DNA of 64,000 nucleotides, taken from positions 960,001-1,024,000 of the forward strand of contig CAWEQH010000010.1 of NCBI GenBank assembly GCA_963811165.1, given 5' to 3'. The position numbers were made by a program, and so were the translations under genes. The stretch's first letter is position 1, and every line of letters begins with the position of its first letter. Positions 1 through 11,140 of the stretch are shown in pieces. Origin of the DNA: an uncultured Nitrospiraceae bacterium. GTDB lineage: Bacteria; Nitrospirota; Thermodesulfovibrionia; Thermodesulfovibrionales; UBA6898. The notes below the pieces were generated by a model, which saw nothing but the letters and a program-made list of their open reading frames with translations, was not told the DNA's origin and ran no database searches.

Positions 1-737
1 GGCGGAAAACCAGAAACCCATACAGGGTGCTGGTCTCTGAGATCATGCTCCAGCAGACACAGGTCGGGCGCGTGCTCGATAAATACGGGCTTTTCATCAA
101 TGCCTTCCCTGATTTTGCGGCCCTGGCAGAGGCCCCAATTTCAGAAATCCTGAACGCATGGCAGGGACTTGGCTATAACAGACGGGCCATTTCACTGAAG
201 AAGATTGCGGAAACGGTGGTGCAACAGTATAGGGGCAGACTCCCTTTAGACCCTGAGGTCCTTATTACACTTCCGGGCATCGGCAAATATTCAGCGTATG
301 CGATCTGCACCTTCATAACCGACAAGCCGTCTCTCTTTATCGAGACGAACATCAGAAGGGTATATATCCATTTCTTTTTCCGGGACAGACAGGGTATCGG
401 GGACAAGGAGATACTCCCGATCCTGGAAAAAACCATCGACGCCAAAGATCCCCGTCAATGGTATTATGCGCTCATGGACTATGGCGTCAAATTGAAGGCT
501 GAAGTCGAAAACCCTAACAGGAGGTCTTCCGGTTACCGGAAACAGTCGCCATTCAAGGGCTCCGCAAGGCAAGCGAGAGGCGCAATACTAAGGGCGCTGA
601 TAGGGTCGCCGGGCATGACAAAAAGTCAAATAAGAAAAGAGGTCCCCGGACACGCCGGCGATATCGACATGATACTCGCATCTCTCGTCAGGGAAGGGTT
701 CCTCGAGAAAAAGGCTCAACGGTTCAGGGTCCCCTGA
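1..737 (+). CDS. mutY: A/G-specific adenine glycosylase, short form without Fe-S motif (5' end outside window)
   Basis: Frame open from window start (RKTRNPYRVLVSEIMLQQTQV); WQGLGYNRRA; HhH LPGIGKYSA; ALMDYG with no downstream Cys cluster. Confidence 0.88.
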   Translation, partial: RKTRNPYRVLVSEIMLQQTQVGRVLDKYGLFINAFPDFAALAEAPISEILNAWQGLGYNRRAISLKKIAETVVQQYRGRLPLDPEVLITLPGIGKYSAYAICTFITDKPSLFIETNIRRVYIHFFFRDRQGIGDKEILPILEKTIDAKDPRQWYYALMDYGVKLKAEVENPNRRSSGYRKQSPFKGSARQARGAILRALIGSPGMTKSQIRKEVPGHAGDIDMILASLVREGFLEKKAQRFRVP

Positions 738-882
738 GAAAAAACATATCGTGTTTTCTACAGTCGAAATATCGTGCATATCGCTTAAGAAATGATCCCG
801 CTAATTGTGTTAAGATAGTCTGCCCTGAAGGCAAATTACCAGCAATAAAGTCTAACTTTTCAGAGGAACTGGAGGCAACGAA

Positions 883-2889
883 GTGAAGAAGACCAACATT
901 GACGAGCTCTCTATCAACACCATAAGGATGCTTGCGGCCGATGCCGTGCAGAAGGCCAATTCAGGACATCCGGGGATGCCGATGGGAGATGCGCCCATGG
1001 CATACACTCTTTGGTCTAAGTTCCTCAGGCACAACCCCAAAAACCCATTCTGGCATAACCGCGACAGGTTCGTTCTTTCTGCGGGTCACGGGTCCGCTCT
1101 CTTATATAGCCTCCTGCACCTTACAGGTTATGACCTGTCTTTGGATGACATCAAGAACTTCAGACAATGGGGGAGCAAGACCCCGGGCCATCCGGAATAC
1201 GCGCCGGAATGCGGGATAGAAACCACCACCGGTCCGCTCGGCCAGGGGTTCGCAACGGGCGTCGGCATGGCCATGGCCGAGAGATACCTCTCTGAGATGT
1301 TCAATAAACCGGGGTTCCCCGTAGTCGATTACTCTGTCTTCGGCATCGTCTCAGACGGCGACCTGATGGAGGGCGTTTCATCAGAGGCGGCGTCTCTTGC
1401 GGGACATCTGAAACTCGGAAAGATAGTGTATCTCTACTCCGACAACAAGATCACGATAGAAGGTCCTACCGGCCTTTCCTTTACGGAAGACGTGGCAAAG
1501 AGGTTTGCAGCCTACGGCTGGCAGGTCCTCCGGGCGGGCGGCAATGACGTAAAACAGATAGAAGAGGCGATAAAGAATGCAAAGAAGGAAAAAAACAGAC
1601 CTTCGCTTATAATGGTCCGGACGAACATCGGGTTCGGAAGTCCCCACAAACAAGACACTCCGGATGTCCATGGTTCTCCCTTAGGTGAAGAAGAACTCTG
1701 CCTGACCAAAAAAAATCTCTGCTGCCCTCCTCAGAAGAAGTTCTGTATCCCCGGGGCCGTGGCAGCCCATCTAAAAAAGGCGGTAAAAAAGGGAAAAGTC
1801 GGGGAGACCGCCTGGCATGCCCTCATAAAGAGATACTCAAGGAAATATCCCGATCTCGGGAAAAAATGGGATGATCTTTCGAAGGGCAAGCTTCCCTCGG
1901 GATGGGAGAAAAAGATACCCGTCTTCAAGCCTGCCGACGGACAGGTTGCAACGAGAAGCGCCTCGGGCAAGGTATTGAACTCAATAGCCGATACGCTGCC
2001 CCAGCTGATCGGCGGGTCAGCGGACCTTGCGCCATCCAATAATACCTACCTGAAAAAATATCCCGACCTGGGTCTCGCAAAGCACGGGAGAAACATTCAC
2101 TTCGGCGTGAGGGAGCATGCGATGGGGGCCGCCCTAAACGGCATGGCGCTTAGCAAGATGCTGATACCTTACGGCGGCACGTTCTTCGTTTTTGCCGACT
2201 ATGTAAAGCCGGCGATACGGCTCTCTTCTCTTATGAAACAGCATGTCATCTACGTGCTCACCCACGATTCAATAGGCCTTGGCGAGGACGGGCCGACCCA
2301 CCAGCCGATAGAACACCTCACGGCGTTGAGGGCGATGCCGAACCTGTCGGTAATAAGGCCCGCGGACGCAAACGAGACGGCCGTTGCATGGAAGGCGGCC
2401 ATCACCGATACGGCCAGGCCGCACGCACTCATACTAAGCAGGCAGAACCTTCCGGTCCTGGACAGGCAGAAATACGCGCCGGCCGAGGGCCTCTTGCAGG
2501 GAGGCTTCATACTCTCGGACTCAAAGGGGCTTCCCGATATAATCCTTCTTTCATCCGGCTCCGAGATACACCTTGCGCTTGCCGCCGCCGAGTCCTTAAG
2601 AAAAGACGGGGTGAAGGCGCGTGTCGTCAACATGGCCTGCTTCGAGTTTTTCGATGCCCAGCCCGAAGCATACAGGAATAAAGTCCTTCCGCCTGCCGTC
2701 GAAACGAGACTTGCAGTCGAGGCAGGCGCGACACTCAGCTGGCATAAATACGTCGGCCTGAAGGGAGAGATTATCGGCATCGACCGTTTCGGCGCCTCGG
2801 CTCCTGCGAAAGTGCTTTTCGAGAAGTTCGGGTTCACCGTAGAAAACATCGTCGGCAGGGCAAAGAGGTTGTTGAAGAAAAAACGCTGA
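883..2889 (+). CDS. tkt: Transketolase
   Basis: [25 protein letters not shown] motif [32 protein letters not shown] before GTG. Confidence 0.98.
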   Translation: MKKTNIDELSINTIRMLAADAVQKANSGHPGMPMGDAPMAYTLWSKFLRHNPKNPFWHNRDRFVLSAGHGSALLYSLLHLTGYDLSLDDIKNFRQWGSKTPGHPEYAPECGIETTTGPLGQGFATGVGMAMAERYLSEMFNKPGFPVVDYSVFGIVSDGDLMEGVSSEAASLAGHLKLGKIVYLYSDNKITIEGPTGLSFTEDVAKRFAAYGWQVLRAGGNDVKQIEEAIKNAKKEKNRPSLIMVRTNIGFGSPHKQDTPDVHGSPLGEEELCLTKKNLCCPPQKKFCIPGAVAAHLKKAVKKGKVGETAWHALIKRYSRKYPDLGKKWDDLSKGKLPSGWEKKIPVFKPADGQVATRSASGKVLNSIADTLPQLIGGSADLAPSNNTYLKKYPDLGLAKHGRNIHFGVREHAMGAALNGMALSKMLIPYGGTFFVFADYVKPAIRLSSLMKQHVIYVLTHDSIGLGEDGPTHQPIEHLTALRAMPNLSVIRPADANETAVAWKAAITDTARPHALILSRQNLPVLDRQKYAPAEGLLQGGFILSDSKGLPDIILLSSGSEIHLALAAAESLRKDGVKARVVNMACFEFFDAQPEAYRNKVLPPAVETRLAVEAGATLSWHKYVGLKGEIIGIDRFGASAPAKVLFEKFGFTVENIVGRAKRLLKKKR

Positions 2890-2990
2890 TCGGTAATTTA
2901 TAAATAGACGGTCAGACAGTCAGCAAGTAAAGAGCAGGGCTTCCCCGCACACACACTGATTCCACGGTCCCGTCAAGGCAGCCCCTAGTT

Positions 2991-3080
2991 TGTCGTTCCT
3001 GCAATCTTGATCCCCTCCTCCGGCGGGTCGACGAGGAGACCGGATCTGCCTACCGGACAGGCAGGCAAGCCGGAATGACA
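2991..3080. repeat. Intergenic nested palindromic (REP/RPE-like) element
   Basis: Ends TGTCGTTCCTGC/GCCGGAATGACA complementary at 10 of 12; internal stems GATCC/GGATC, CTCCTC/GAGGAG, CTGCCT/AGGCAG; single copy in window. Confidence 0.5.
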
Positions 3081-3111
3081 GAGAAAAAGTCAGTCCTGTA
3101 TAATAAGGCAT

Positions 3112-4977
3112 ATGTCTAACCTTGATCAGGAACTTGAAAAGGCCGAGGGGAAGGCCCCATCGAGAAAATTCATCTATATCTTTGTCTTTGTATGCGCACT
3201 TTTCGGAGCTACCGGGGGGTTCGTCTATTGGGCGCTTTCGGACCTGCCGAGGGTAAACGCCATAGAAGAATACGTTCCGGCCGAATCGTCCAAGATCTAT
3301 TCCAGCGACGGCAAAATCCTGGCGGAATTTTATTATGAGCGCAGGACCTTCGTCCCGCATTACAAGATACCCGATCATGTCAAAAAGGCGTTTATCGCGA
3401 TCGAGGACGTCCGCTTTTACAGCCATCCCGGCGTCGACTTCATCGGGATAGTCAGGGCGATGGTGCAGGACGTCAGGGCGCGCGGAATGGTCCAGGGCGG
3501 CAGCACGATTACTCAGCAACTTGCGAAGATGCTTTTTTTTAAACCGGAAAAATCCATCACGAGAAAGATCAAGGAGGCGGTAATCTCGCTCCAGATCGAG
3601 AAGCGTTATACAAAAGACGAGATCCTCGGCATATATCTCAACCAGGCATATTTTGGTACCAGGGCCTTCGGCATAGAGGCCGCGTCCCAGGCATACTTCG
3701 GGAAATCCGTGACGGAGTTGTCCGTCGGAGAGGGTGCCCTCCTTGCAACGCTGCCGAAGGCGCCGACACAATATTCCCCCTTCAGGAACCCGGAGAAGTC
3801 AAGGGAGCGCCGCACAGCCGTCTTGAACATCATGCTGAAACAGAAGTTCATCACCCGCGACCAGTATGAGAGTGCGCTTCGGGAGCCGATCCCCTCCTCC
3901 CCTCATTTCAGGAAATACGAGGCGCCCTATTTCGTAGAGCTCTTGAGGCAGCAGATGGAACACAAATACGGAACTGCGATCTATACCTCCGGATACAAGG
4001 TCCGTTCCACGATCGACTCCTCTATGCAGCGCATTGCGGAAGAGGCCCTCGAAAGAGGCGTAAAAAATATCGAAAAGAGGGTCAGGCCCGGCATTCAGGC
4101 ATCTCTTATCGCGGTCGATATCCGCACCGGGCATATCAAGGCGATGGTCGGCGGTTTCGATTTTTGGCAGAACCAGTTCAACAGGGCCACCCAGGCACTA
4201 AGGCAGCCGGGGTCTGCGTTCAAGCCCTTCGTATATTGCACCGCACTGGAAGACGGCATGTCGCCCGAAGACGTCATCGCAGATGCTCCGATATCGTTCA
4301 GAGGCGCCCGTCCCGGTCAGAGGTGGTCTCCAAAGAATTATGACGGAAAATACCATGGCACTGTCACGCTGAAGACCGCCATCGCCAAGTCGTTAAACGC
4401 CGCAACGGTGAGACTCGCCAGCAAAGTAGGGATAGAGAATATCATCGATACCGCAAAAAAACTGGGGATAACGGCTGAGCTCCAGCCCTACCTGCCGATT
4501 GCCCTGGGCGCTTCGGACGTTACCCTGATCGAAATGGTCGGAGCGTATTGCGGGTTGGCCACTGGGAAGAAGATGAGGCTCATACCCTATGAACGCATAG
4601 AAAACAGGGACGGGATCGTTATCGACGAGGTATACCCTCATTTCGAGGAAATCCTGAAAGAAGACACTGTCGATAAACTGAAGGTACTTCTCGGGGCCGT
4701 GGTCCGGGAAGGGACCGCAGTAAAGGCGAGGGAACTGGGGAGGCCGGTCTATGGAAAGACCGGGACAACAAACGATTTTACGGACGCATGGTTCATAGGG
4801 TTCGACGACGGACTCGCCGTCGGCGTATGGGTCGGAAGGGACAACCACAAACCTATCGGCAATAAAGAGACGGGGGCACAGGCCGCGCTACCCATATGGA
4901 TTGAATTTATGAAAAGGGCCGTTCCTGAAGCGCCGCAGCAAGACCCTATAGGCAAAACAACTGGCAAGACGAACTGA
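3112..4977 (+). CDS. Class A penicillin-binding protein (PBP1A family)
   Basis: N-terminal TM; transglycosylase EDVRFYSHPG and GGSTITQQLAK; transpeptidase SAFK, SLN, KTGT. Confidence 0.95.
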   Translation: MSNLDQELEKAEGKAPSRKFIYIFVFVCALFGATGGFVYWALSDLPRVNAIEEYVPAESSKIYSSDGKILAEFYYERRTFVPHYKIPDHVKKAFIAIEDVRFYSHPGVDFIGIVRAMVQDVRARGMVQGGSTITQQLAKMLFFKPEKSITRKIKEAVISLQIEKRYTKDEILGIYLNQAYFGTRAFGIEAASQAYFGKSVTELSVGEGALLATLPKAPTQYSPFRNPEKSRERRTAVLNIMLKQKFITRDQYESALREPIPSSPHFRKYEAPYFVELLRQQMEHKYGTAIYTSGYKVRSTIDSSMQRIAEEALERGVKNIEKRVRPGIQASLIAVDIRTGHIKAMVGGFDFWQNQFNRATQALRQPGSAFKPFVYCTALEDGMSPEDVIADAPISFRGARPGQRWSPKNYDGKYHGTVTLKTAIAKSLNAATVRLASKVGIENIIDTAKKLGITAELQPYLPIALGASDVTLIEMVGAYCGLATGKKMRLIPYERIENRDGIVIDEVYPHFEEILKEDTVDKLKVLLGAVVREGTAVKARELGRPVYGKTGTTNDFTDAWFIGFDDGLAVGVWVGRDNHKPIGNKETGAQAALPIWIEFMKRAVPEAPQQDPIGKTTGKTN

Positions 4978-5122
4978 CCGGCGTCGATGAGACCTGATTA
5001 AGAACCAGGGACGGAACCGGGTTGTTTTGCTGGGTTGAGACGACACAATGAGCAAGAATTAGGACACTGGGTGAGCAGCCTGAGATTGGTTTCCTCATCA
5101 TCTACGATACGTATCTTTTCCC

Positions 5123-8100
5123 TCATCTATCCAGTATCTCTCTCACCTTTATCAAAAGGTCTTGCGGCCTCATAGGTTTATGGATAAAGTCAAAGCCGGA
5201 TTCTGCCAGTTCCTTGCCTTTGATAATGTCCATTGTATACCCGCTCACAAAGAGTATTTTTATCCCCGGGCTCGCTTCCCTGAGCACCTCACCGACCTCT
5301 TTCCCGTTCTTCTTCGGCATGATCATGTCAAGCATGACAAGGTGGATCCTCTCCCTGTTTTCCATGAATTTTGCGATCGCATCTTCTCCGTCCACGGCGA
5401 CAATGACACTGTAGCCGAGGGACTCCAGGACCATCCTTGTCAGGTCCCTCAGGGAAGCGTCGTCCTCGGCGACGAGGACAGTCTCATTTCCGCCCTTGAT
5501 AGCGTCAGGCGTCTGCCTTCTTGCCGATAATGCCGGCTCTTCAGTGAGAGGCAGATATATTTTAAATACAGTGCCTTGTCCCGGTTCGCTGTAGACCTTG
5601 ATAAATCCACTATGCTGTTTGATTATTCCGTAGGAGATTGCAAGCCCGAGCCCTGTTCCTTCTCCGAGACCTTTCGTTGTAAAAAAAGGCTCAAATATCT
5701 TCTTCTGAGTTTCAGCATCCATTCCGCGCCCTGTATCAGAAACCGTAATAGCCGCATATTTTCCCGGTATTCCATATCCATTTACGGCTATAAATTCATA
5801 ATCTATTTCCTGAATACCGGTGCCTATCGTCAGCCGTCCGCCGTTGGGCATTGCGTCCCTGGCATTTGTCGCAAGGTTCATAAGTGCCTGTTCTATCTGC
5901 CCGGCATCTGCCATCACTACCAACCTTCTTTCCGCTAGATCAAAATTAAAATCGATATCCTCGCCGATGATTCGGACAAGCATTTTATGGATGCCGGTGA
6001 CAGTATCATTGACGTCAATCGGCTTCACTTCAGTAATCTGTTTTCTGCTGAAGGTAAGGAGTCTTTTGGTGAGATTCGCGGCCCTCTCGGCGGCAGCGAG
6101 CACTTCATTCATCTGTCCCTTTAAAAAAATATCGGCTTCCAGCCTGTCGAGCACCATGGAACCATACCCTATGATCACATTGAGGATATTATTGAAATCG
6201 TGCGCAATTCCCCCTGCCAGCGTGCCGACCGCCTCCATCTTCTGGGCGTGACGGAGTTGGGCCTCAAGTTTCTTGCGTTCCGTTACGTCCCGCAGAATTC
6301 CCTCCATACCGAGAAAAGCGCCTTTTTCATCCTCTTTTACAGTGCTCGATGTTTCAATCTCTATCGGTTCCCCGTTTTTCTTCTTAAGCCTCATCTGGTA
6401 ACCGCTCACAGATTTCTTAATCTTCAGCTCCGCCCTGAAGGCATCTCTGTCCCCGGGGTCTCTCCAGTATTCCAGGCCCTTTCTGCCGATTATCTCATCG
6501 GGACTTTCGTGGCCGAACATCTTTGCCCCTGCAGGATTCATCAGGATGAAGACACCGTCGGCATCTATTTGATAGATGCCATCGAGGGTTGAGTCAAAGA
6601 GGTCTCTGTATTTCTTTTCGCTCTTCTGCAGCGCCGATTCCGCCTCCGCTTGCGCGGCATGCAGCCTGATAGCGGCGATGCCGTAAGACAGGTCCGCAGC
6701 CAGATCATTTAGCAGTTGGACCTCTTCATCTGAAAATGGGTCCTCGTGCCGGGAATAAATGTTAAGGGAACCGAAGGCTTTTCCCTCTGCCAGGAGTGGG
6801 ACGGCGATTATCGCGGCATATCCACGCTTGAAGGCCTCCTCGCGCCAGAGTGCGAATGCAGGATTGCTGTGGATGTTTCGAATTACGGAAGGTTTGCCCG
6901 TTCTGATGGCCGTCCCGACAGGACCGCGGCCGCTTTCCCTGTCCGACCACGTGATATGAATAAAATCAAGATAGCCATCCTCAAAGCCTGAGTGGGCCAC
7001 CGGCCTAACGGTTCTGCCTTCATCGTTTTCGGCGAAACCGATCCATACCAGGGCATGGCCGCAGTCCTCGACGATGATCCGGCAGACTTCATTGAGATAC
7101 CATTGTTCATCCCTGGCGCTCATCATGGCCCGGCTGCTATTGCTTTTCGCCAGTAATGTCCGGTTCAGCTTCCGGAACTCCTCCTCCTTCTGCCTGCGCT
7201 CGGTAATGTCGCGGATATTGCACTGGATCACCTTGCGGTGGCCTGCCTGATAGACATTGCTGACGAACTCCACGTCGATCCGCCGGCCATCGGCGGTTTC
7301 GAGCGGCATATCTCCGTAACGGGCGAATCCTTTCTGTTGCAATTCCTCAAAATTGGCCTTATTGGCGACGATATTCTTGAAGAATCCCAGTTCCCAAATC
7401 TTCTTCCCGAGGAATGCCTCGTGCGAGAAACCCAACTTCTCGATGAGAAACGGGTTTACGTCCATCACCATCCCTGTCCCGGCATCGAGGATCAGAATAC
7501 CGTCTTTGGCCGCCTCGAAGAGTCTCCGATAGCGTACCTCCGAAGCCCTCAGCGCCTCAGCCGCCTCACATTTCTCCCGGTAAAATTGAGTGCGCTGCCA
7601 CCTCCAGACGAGCCCCACGCCGCCGCCCGCGCTTGTGAGCAGGGCCATTACAAGAACGACTGTCATCCACAGTTTTTCCCTCATCGGTGCGTGTATTTCA
7701 GAAAAATCCATGTGAGAAACCAGAAACCATGAAGAACCGGGGACAGCACGCACATCGGCTATTACCGGAACACCCCGGTAGTCTATGCCCTCCATTATTC
7801 CCTGGCGGCCCAGGGCCGCTTGAGCGGCAGGCAATTCTTTTTGGTCCAGCGATCTGCGCAGGTTGAGGGCCGCGGTTTTCCGGAATCTGAGTTCATTCAG
7901 ATAGACGACTTCATTTCCTTCCCGCCGGACGAGTATAGTTTCGGCCGTCTTGCTCGGCGTCCGCCAGCGGTTGAGAAACGGATAGAGATACTGTTCGGGA
8001 TCGATGCGCAAGACAAGGGTCCCCACTGCGCTTCCGTTGCCACTTCCGTCGAGGATGGGGACAAGGACCGCCAAATAGACACGCCCGTCATATTCATTCC

Positions 8101-9271
8101 GGTAGAAATCCTCCAAGGCCACCTGTTTTGTACGCAGTGCTTCGGCAGCGCCCAGAACCCTACGCTGTGAGGTCGGCGGCCTCACCCCAGGCACTGACAT
8201 CAGTTCTTTTCCGGCGGCATCAAGCAGGTAGACCCGGTCGTATTGATCGCCTTCCCGAACATGGCGCAGCCACATTCGAAGCCTCATCTCCGTTTCTTTG
8301 TCCTCAGGCTTTTGCAAATAGCGCTGGACTAATCCCGAAAAATTCAGGTTCTTATAGAAAAGCGCGGCATCTCCCAGCCGCTCTTTTCGCCAATGAACAA
8401 GTTCTTCCACTTTCAGATCGGAGACGGCGGTAAGCTGGAGTTCCACCTCTGTCCGGTAGCGTATTTCGTAGTTCCGGGAATACAGGAACCCCGCAGTCAC
8501 AATGCCGGCGGCGAGGAGGACAAAAACCAGGAGGAACGTGTATGAGGCGCGTGTGCCGGATTCGGCATTCGGGCGGGCTGGCCAGGCATGGGGCGCCGCC
8601 AAAGCAAGCAGCGCTGTCCCAAGGGCAATGAACGCCAGGCCGGTAAGCGCCGCCGGAGGGACAAAGGCGCTGCCATAGAGCATCGGCGTTCCATAGAGAT
8701 AAGCCAGAAAGAGTGCAGAGCCGGTCGCAATTACGCAACAGGCAAGCCACCAGGCGATGCCGGCCGTCCGGCGTCGGTCGCGCGGCGACGATAGCGACAT
8801 CAGATACGACAGGGACGAGAGCAGAAAACAGAAGGCCGTGACCGGCGACATATACCCCGCCTGCAGTTCACCCGGTTTATTCACGACCACGAAGCCAAGG
8901 TGTTCGGCCTCAATTCGTATGCCGAGCAAGGCCAACACCAAGAGCAGCGCCGAGATCAGTGCTCCCGCGGCATTGATAACCAGGCCTGTCCGGTACGTCG
9001 AGCGGAGAAACGGCATGTGTGTGCGGAGAGATATCATAACGGCATACATCACGAATAGCACCGCCGTGCTCGGGGCCACCGGTATTTTGCCGGGGCCAAG
9101 GCTTGCAAGAACCGGAAGTCCGAGCACCCATCCGAGAAGTGCGACGAGGCCGATTCCGGCGGCAAGCGCTGCGCAGATATTGATAAGGAGCCGGAAACGG
9201 ATTGGTCCCCACCCGTTTGGCAACGGCCCCGAGGCGCCGTTTTCTTTTTTTTCCGGCATTTCAGCTACCAT
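5123..9271 (-). CDS. Membrane hybrid sensor histidine kinase (multi-TM, Cache-like, PAS, GAF, PAS, HisKA, HATPase, REC)
   Basis: H-box AHDFNNIL, N-box NARDAM, DTGRG, FFTTK, GTGLGL; C-terminal receiver (AEDD, DMIMP, SGY, KP). Confidence 0.93.
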   Translation of the reverse strand: MVAEMPEKKENGASGPLPNGWGPIRFRLLINICAALAAGIGLVALLGWVLGLPVLASLGPGKIPVAPSTAVLFVMYAVMISLRTHMPFLRSTYRTGLVINAAGALISALLLVLALLGIRIEAEHLGFVVVNKPGELQAGYMSPVTAFCFLLSSLSYLMSLSSPRDRRRTAGIAWWLACCVIATGSALFLAYLYGTPMLYGSAFVPPAALTGLAFIALGTALLALAAPHAWPARPNAESGTRASYTFLLVFVLLAAGIVTAGFLYSRNYEIRYRTEVELQLTAVSDLKVEELVHWRKERLGDAALFYKNLNFSGLVQRYLQKPEDKETEMRLRMWLRHVREGDQYDRVYLLDAAGKELMSVPGVRPPTSQRRVLGAAEALRTKQVALEDFYRNEYDGRVYLAVLVPILDGSGNGSAVGTLVLRIDPEQYLYPFLNRWRTPSKTAETILVRREGNEVVYLNELRFRKTAALNLRRSLDQKELPAAQAALGRQGIMEGIDYRGVPVIADVRAVPGSSWFLVSHMDFSEIHAPMREKLWMTVVLVMALLTSAGGGVGLVWRWQRTQFYREKCEAAEALRASEVRYRRLFEAAKDGILILDAGTGMVMDVNPFLIEKLGFSHEAFLGKKIWELGFFKNIVANKANFEELQQKGFARYGDMPLETADGRRIDVEFVSNVYQAGHRKVIQCNIRDITERRQKEEEFRKLNRTLLAKSNSSRAMMSARDEQWYLNEVCRIIVEDCGHALVWIGFAENDEGRTVRPVAHSGFEDGYLDFIHITWSDRESGRGPVGTAIRTGKPSVIRNIHSNPAFALWREEAFKRGYAAIIAVPLLAEGKAFGSLNIYSRHEDPFSDEEVQLLNDLAADLSYGIAAIRLHAAQAEAESALQKSEKKYRDLFDSTLDGIYQIDADGVFILMNPAGAKMFGHESPDEIIGRKGLEYWRDPGDRDAFRAELKIKKSVSGYQMRLKKKNGEPIEIETSSTVKEDEKGAFLGMEGILRDVTERKKLEAQLRHAQKMEAVGTLAGGIAHDFNNILNVIIGYGSMVLDRLEADIFLKGQMNEVLAAAERAANLTKRLLTFSRKQITEVKPIDVNDTVTGIHKMLVRIIGEDIDFNFDLAERRLVVMADAGQIEQALMNLATNARDAMPNGGRLTIGTGIQEIDYEFIAVNGYGIPGKYAAITVSDTGRGMDAETQKKIFEPFFTTKGLGEGTGLGLAISYGIIKQHSGFIKVYSEPGQGTVFKIYLPLTEEPALSARRQTPDAIKGGNETVLVAEDDASLRDLTRMVLESLGYSVIVAVDGEDAIAKFMENRERIHLVMLDMIMPKKNGKEVGEVLREASPGIKILFVSGYTMDIIKGKELAESGFDFIHKPMRPQDLLIKVREILDR

Positions 9272-9426
9272 AACATATCCAAATGGCTTGGTTCATATAA
9301 AATGGGTTACGGGATTCCGGTAACGACTGGTCTGCCAATAAAGGAAACCTTGGCTGGGCAATGTCTGCTCCCTTGATCCATATATCCATAGGCTATCAAC
9401 CGATTAAAGGCACTGTCAAATATGGA

Positions 9427-11055
9427 CTAAAACCCTCTTTTATTTCTTTTTTGGGCATACATCAATGAATCCGCCGCAGTTACTAGTTCATCGATCGTGA
9501 CAGGGTGTTCCGGGTCGTAATATGCTACGCCGACACTTAGGGACAGTTTGTGCTGGCGATCAATTTTTTCGTTTTGTCTGGCGATATTCCTTTGCAGGCG
9601 CGAGGTGATCACATCCAGGTTATCGCCGGCGGTGCCAATAGGGATAATCACAAACTCATCTCCTCCGATGCGTCCAATGATATCGGAATTTCGGAAAGTC
9701 TCTTTTAGGATAACGGCGGCCTCTTTTATGACCCTGTCGCCTTCCTCATGACCCAGTGTATCATTGATTACCTTTAGCCCGTCTAAATCGGCATAAAGTA
9801 TAAATATTCCTCTCCTCAGGCGATCGGCCATTTTCAACTCCTGTACTGCCAGGGTCATAAAGCCCCGCCGGTTGTAAAGGCCGGTGAGTTCATCTCTCAA
9901 TGACATGGACCGCAACTCTTCTTCCATATGCTTGCGCTCAGTCACGTCCCTCAGTATCCCTTCGATCCCTAAAAAATTGCCGCTCTCATCTTCTATTATC
10001 CGGCTTGATGACTCAAGCTCTACGGGTTCTCCGTCTTTCTTCCTGGCCTTCATCGGATACGCACTCACGGATTTCCTGATTTTCAATTCCGCCCGATACA
10101 CGTCCCGGTCCTTAGGGTCTCTCCAATACTCCAACGCGTTCCTTCCGATTATCTCCTCAGGAGTCTCATAGCCGAAGATTCCCGCCCCTGACCGGTTCAT
10201 CATCGTGAAAAAGCCTTCAGCATTTACCTGAAAGATTCCATCCCGGGTGGAATCAATAAGAGTCTTATATCTCTCTTCGCTTTTCCGAAGGGCCTCGTCG
10301 GCTTGCTTCCTTTCGGTTATGTCGCGTGTAACGTGAACGACTTGCCGAATGCTCCCGTCGGGGTCCTTGATGGGGGAGGTGGATACCTCGGCATAAATCT
10401 TTCTTCCGCCTTTGTCATAGTGTATATGCTCCGACATAGCGAACCTACCGGTGGTATCCACGGTTTCCAAAAGAGGGCAAAGATCGTGCGGAGGGGAGCA
10501 GATGTCAGTCCTGTTATGCGTGACCTCGTAACAAGTCTTACCAATCACTTTATCCAGGGTCAATCCATATCGCGCAAGAAAGGGTTCGTTCGCATCTTGA
10601 ATTTTGTAAGTATTCGTATCGATGATCAATACCTCGTCGTTGAGACTGTCGAGGGCGGTCCTCAGGAATTCACGGGATAGCTGCAGGTCTCGAGTGCGCT
10701 CGATAACACGCTTCTCAAGAGACTCGTTTGTTAATCTCAGCTCCTCTTCAGCTGACCGCATCCTTATGATTGTGCCGCGAGTGAGGCTAATCACGATGAA
10801 AACGAAGAAGGCGCCACCTATAAATACGGGGCCCGTGATCAGTTCGACGGGTAACGGTATGCGTTTGACAAGAATAATGACAAGGCAAATATAACCGGCG
10901 AGAAAAAAGAGCATCAAAACGATCATCATACGCCATCGGCGCTTCAGTTCGGGAGGAACAAAACTCTGGATCTTCCTGCCCCTCAAGATGGCAGCGAACA
11001 TGAGCGCAGCGCCAAACAGAACAAGTCCGCTGGTTGCAAGCGCTAGGGCAGACAT
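9427..11055 (-). CDS. Membrane diguanylate cyclase with two PAS domains
   Basis: About 3 N-terminal TMs; two PAS/PAC ending DITERK/DVTERK; DELTGLYNRR; intact GGDEF with RNSD I-site. Confidence 0.94.
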   Translation of the reverse strand: MSALALATSGLVLFGAALMFAAILRGRKIQSFVPPELKRRWRMMIVLMLFFLAGYICLVIILVKRIPLPVELITGPVFIGGAFFVFIVISLTRGTIIRMRSAEEELRLTNESLEKRVIERTRDLQLSREFLRTALDSLNDEVLIIDTNTYKIQDANEPFLARYGLTLDKVIGKTCYEVTHNRTDICSPPHDLCPLLETVDTTGRFAMSEHIHYDKGGRKIYAEVSTSPIKDPDGSIRQVVHVTRDITERKQADEALRKSEERYKTLIDSTRDGIFQVNAEGFFTMMNRSGAGIFGYETPEEIIGRNALEYWRDPKDRDVYRAELKIRKSVSAYPMKARKKDGEPVELESSSRIIEDESGNFLGIEGILRDVTERKHMEEELRSMSLRDELTGLYNRRGFMTLAVQELKMADRLRRGIFILYADLDGLKVINDTLGHEEGDRVIKEAAVILKETFRNSDIIGRIGGDEFVIIPIGTAGDNLDVITSRLQRNIARQNEKIDRQHKLSLSVGVAYYDPEHPVTIDELVTAADSLMYAQKRNKRGF

Positions 11056-11140
11056 CCGTTGATCCCCTGATTGTCGCTATGCTGCTCAGTTCGCTTGTTC
11101 ACTTTTGCGCATCCAATGGGGTCGATTATGTATATCATGC

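Noticed and set aside
2920..3771. 283-aa minus-strand ORF
   Set aside because: Antisense shadow of PBP1A; no motifs
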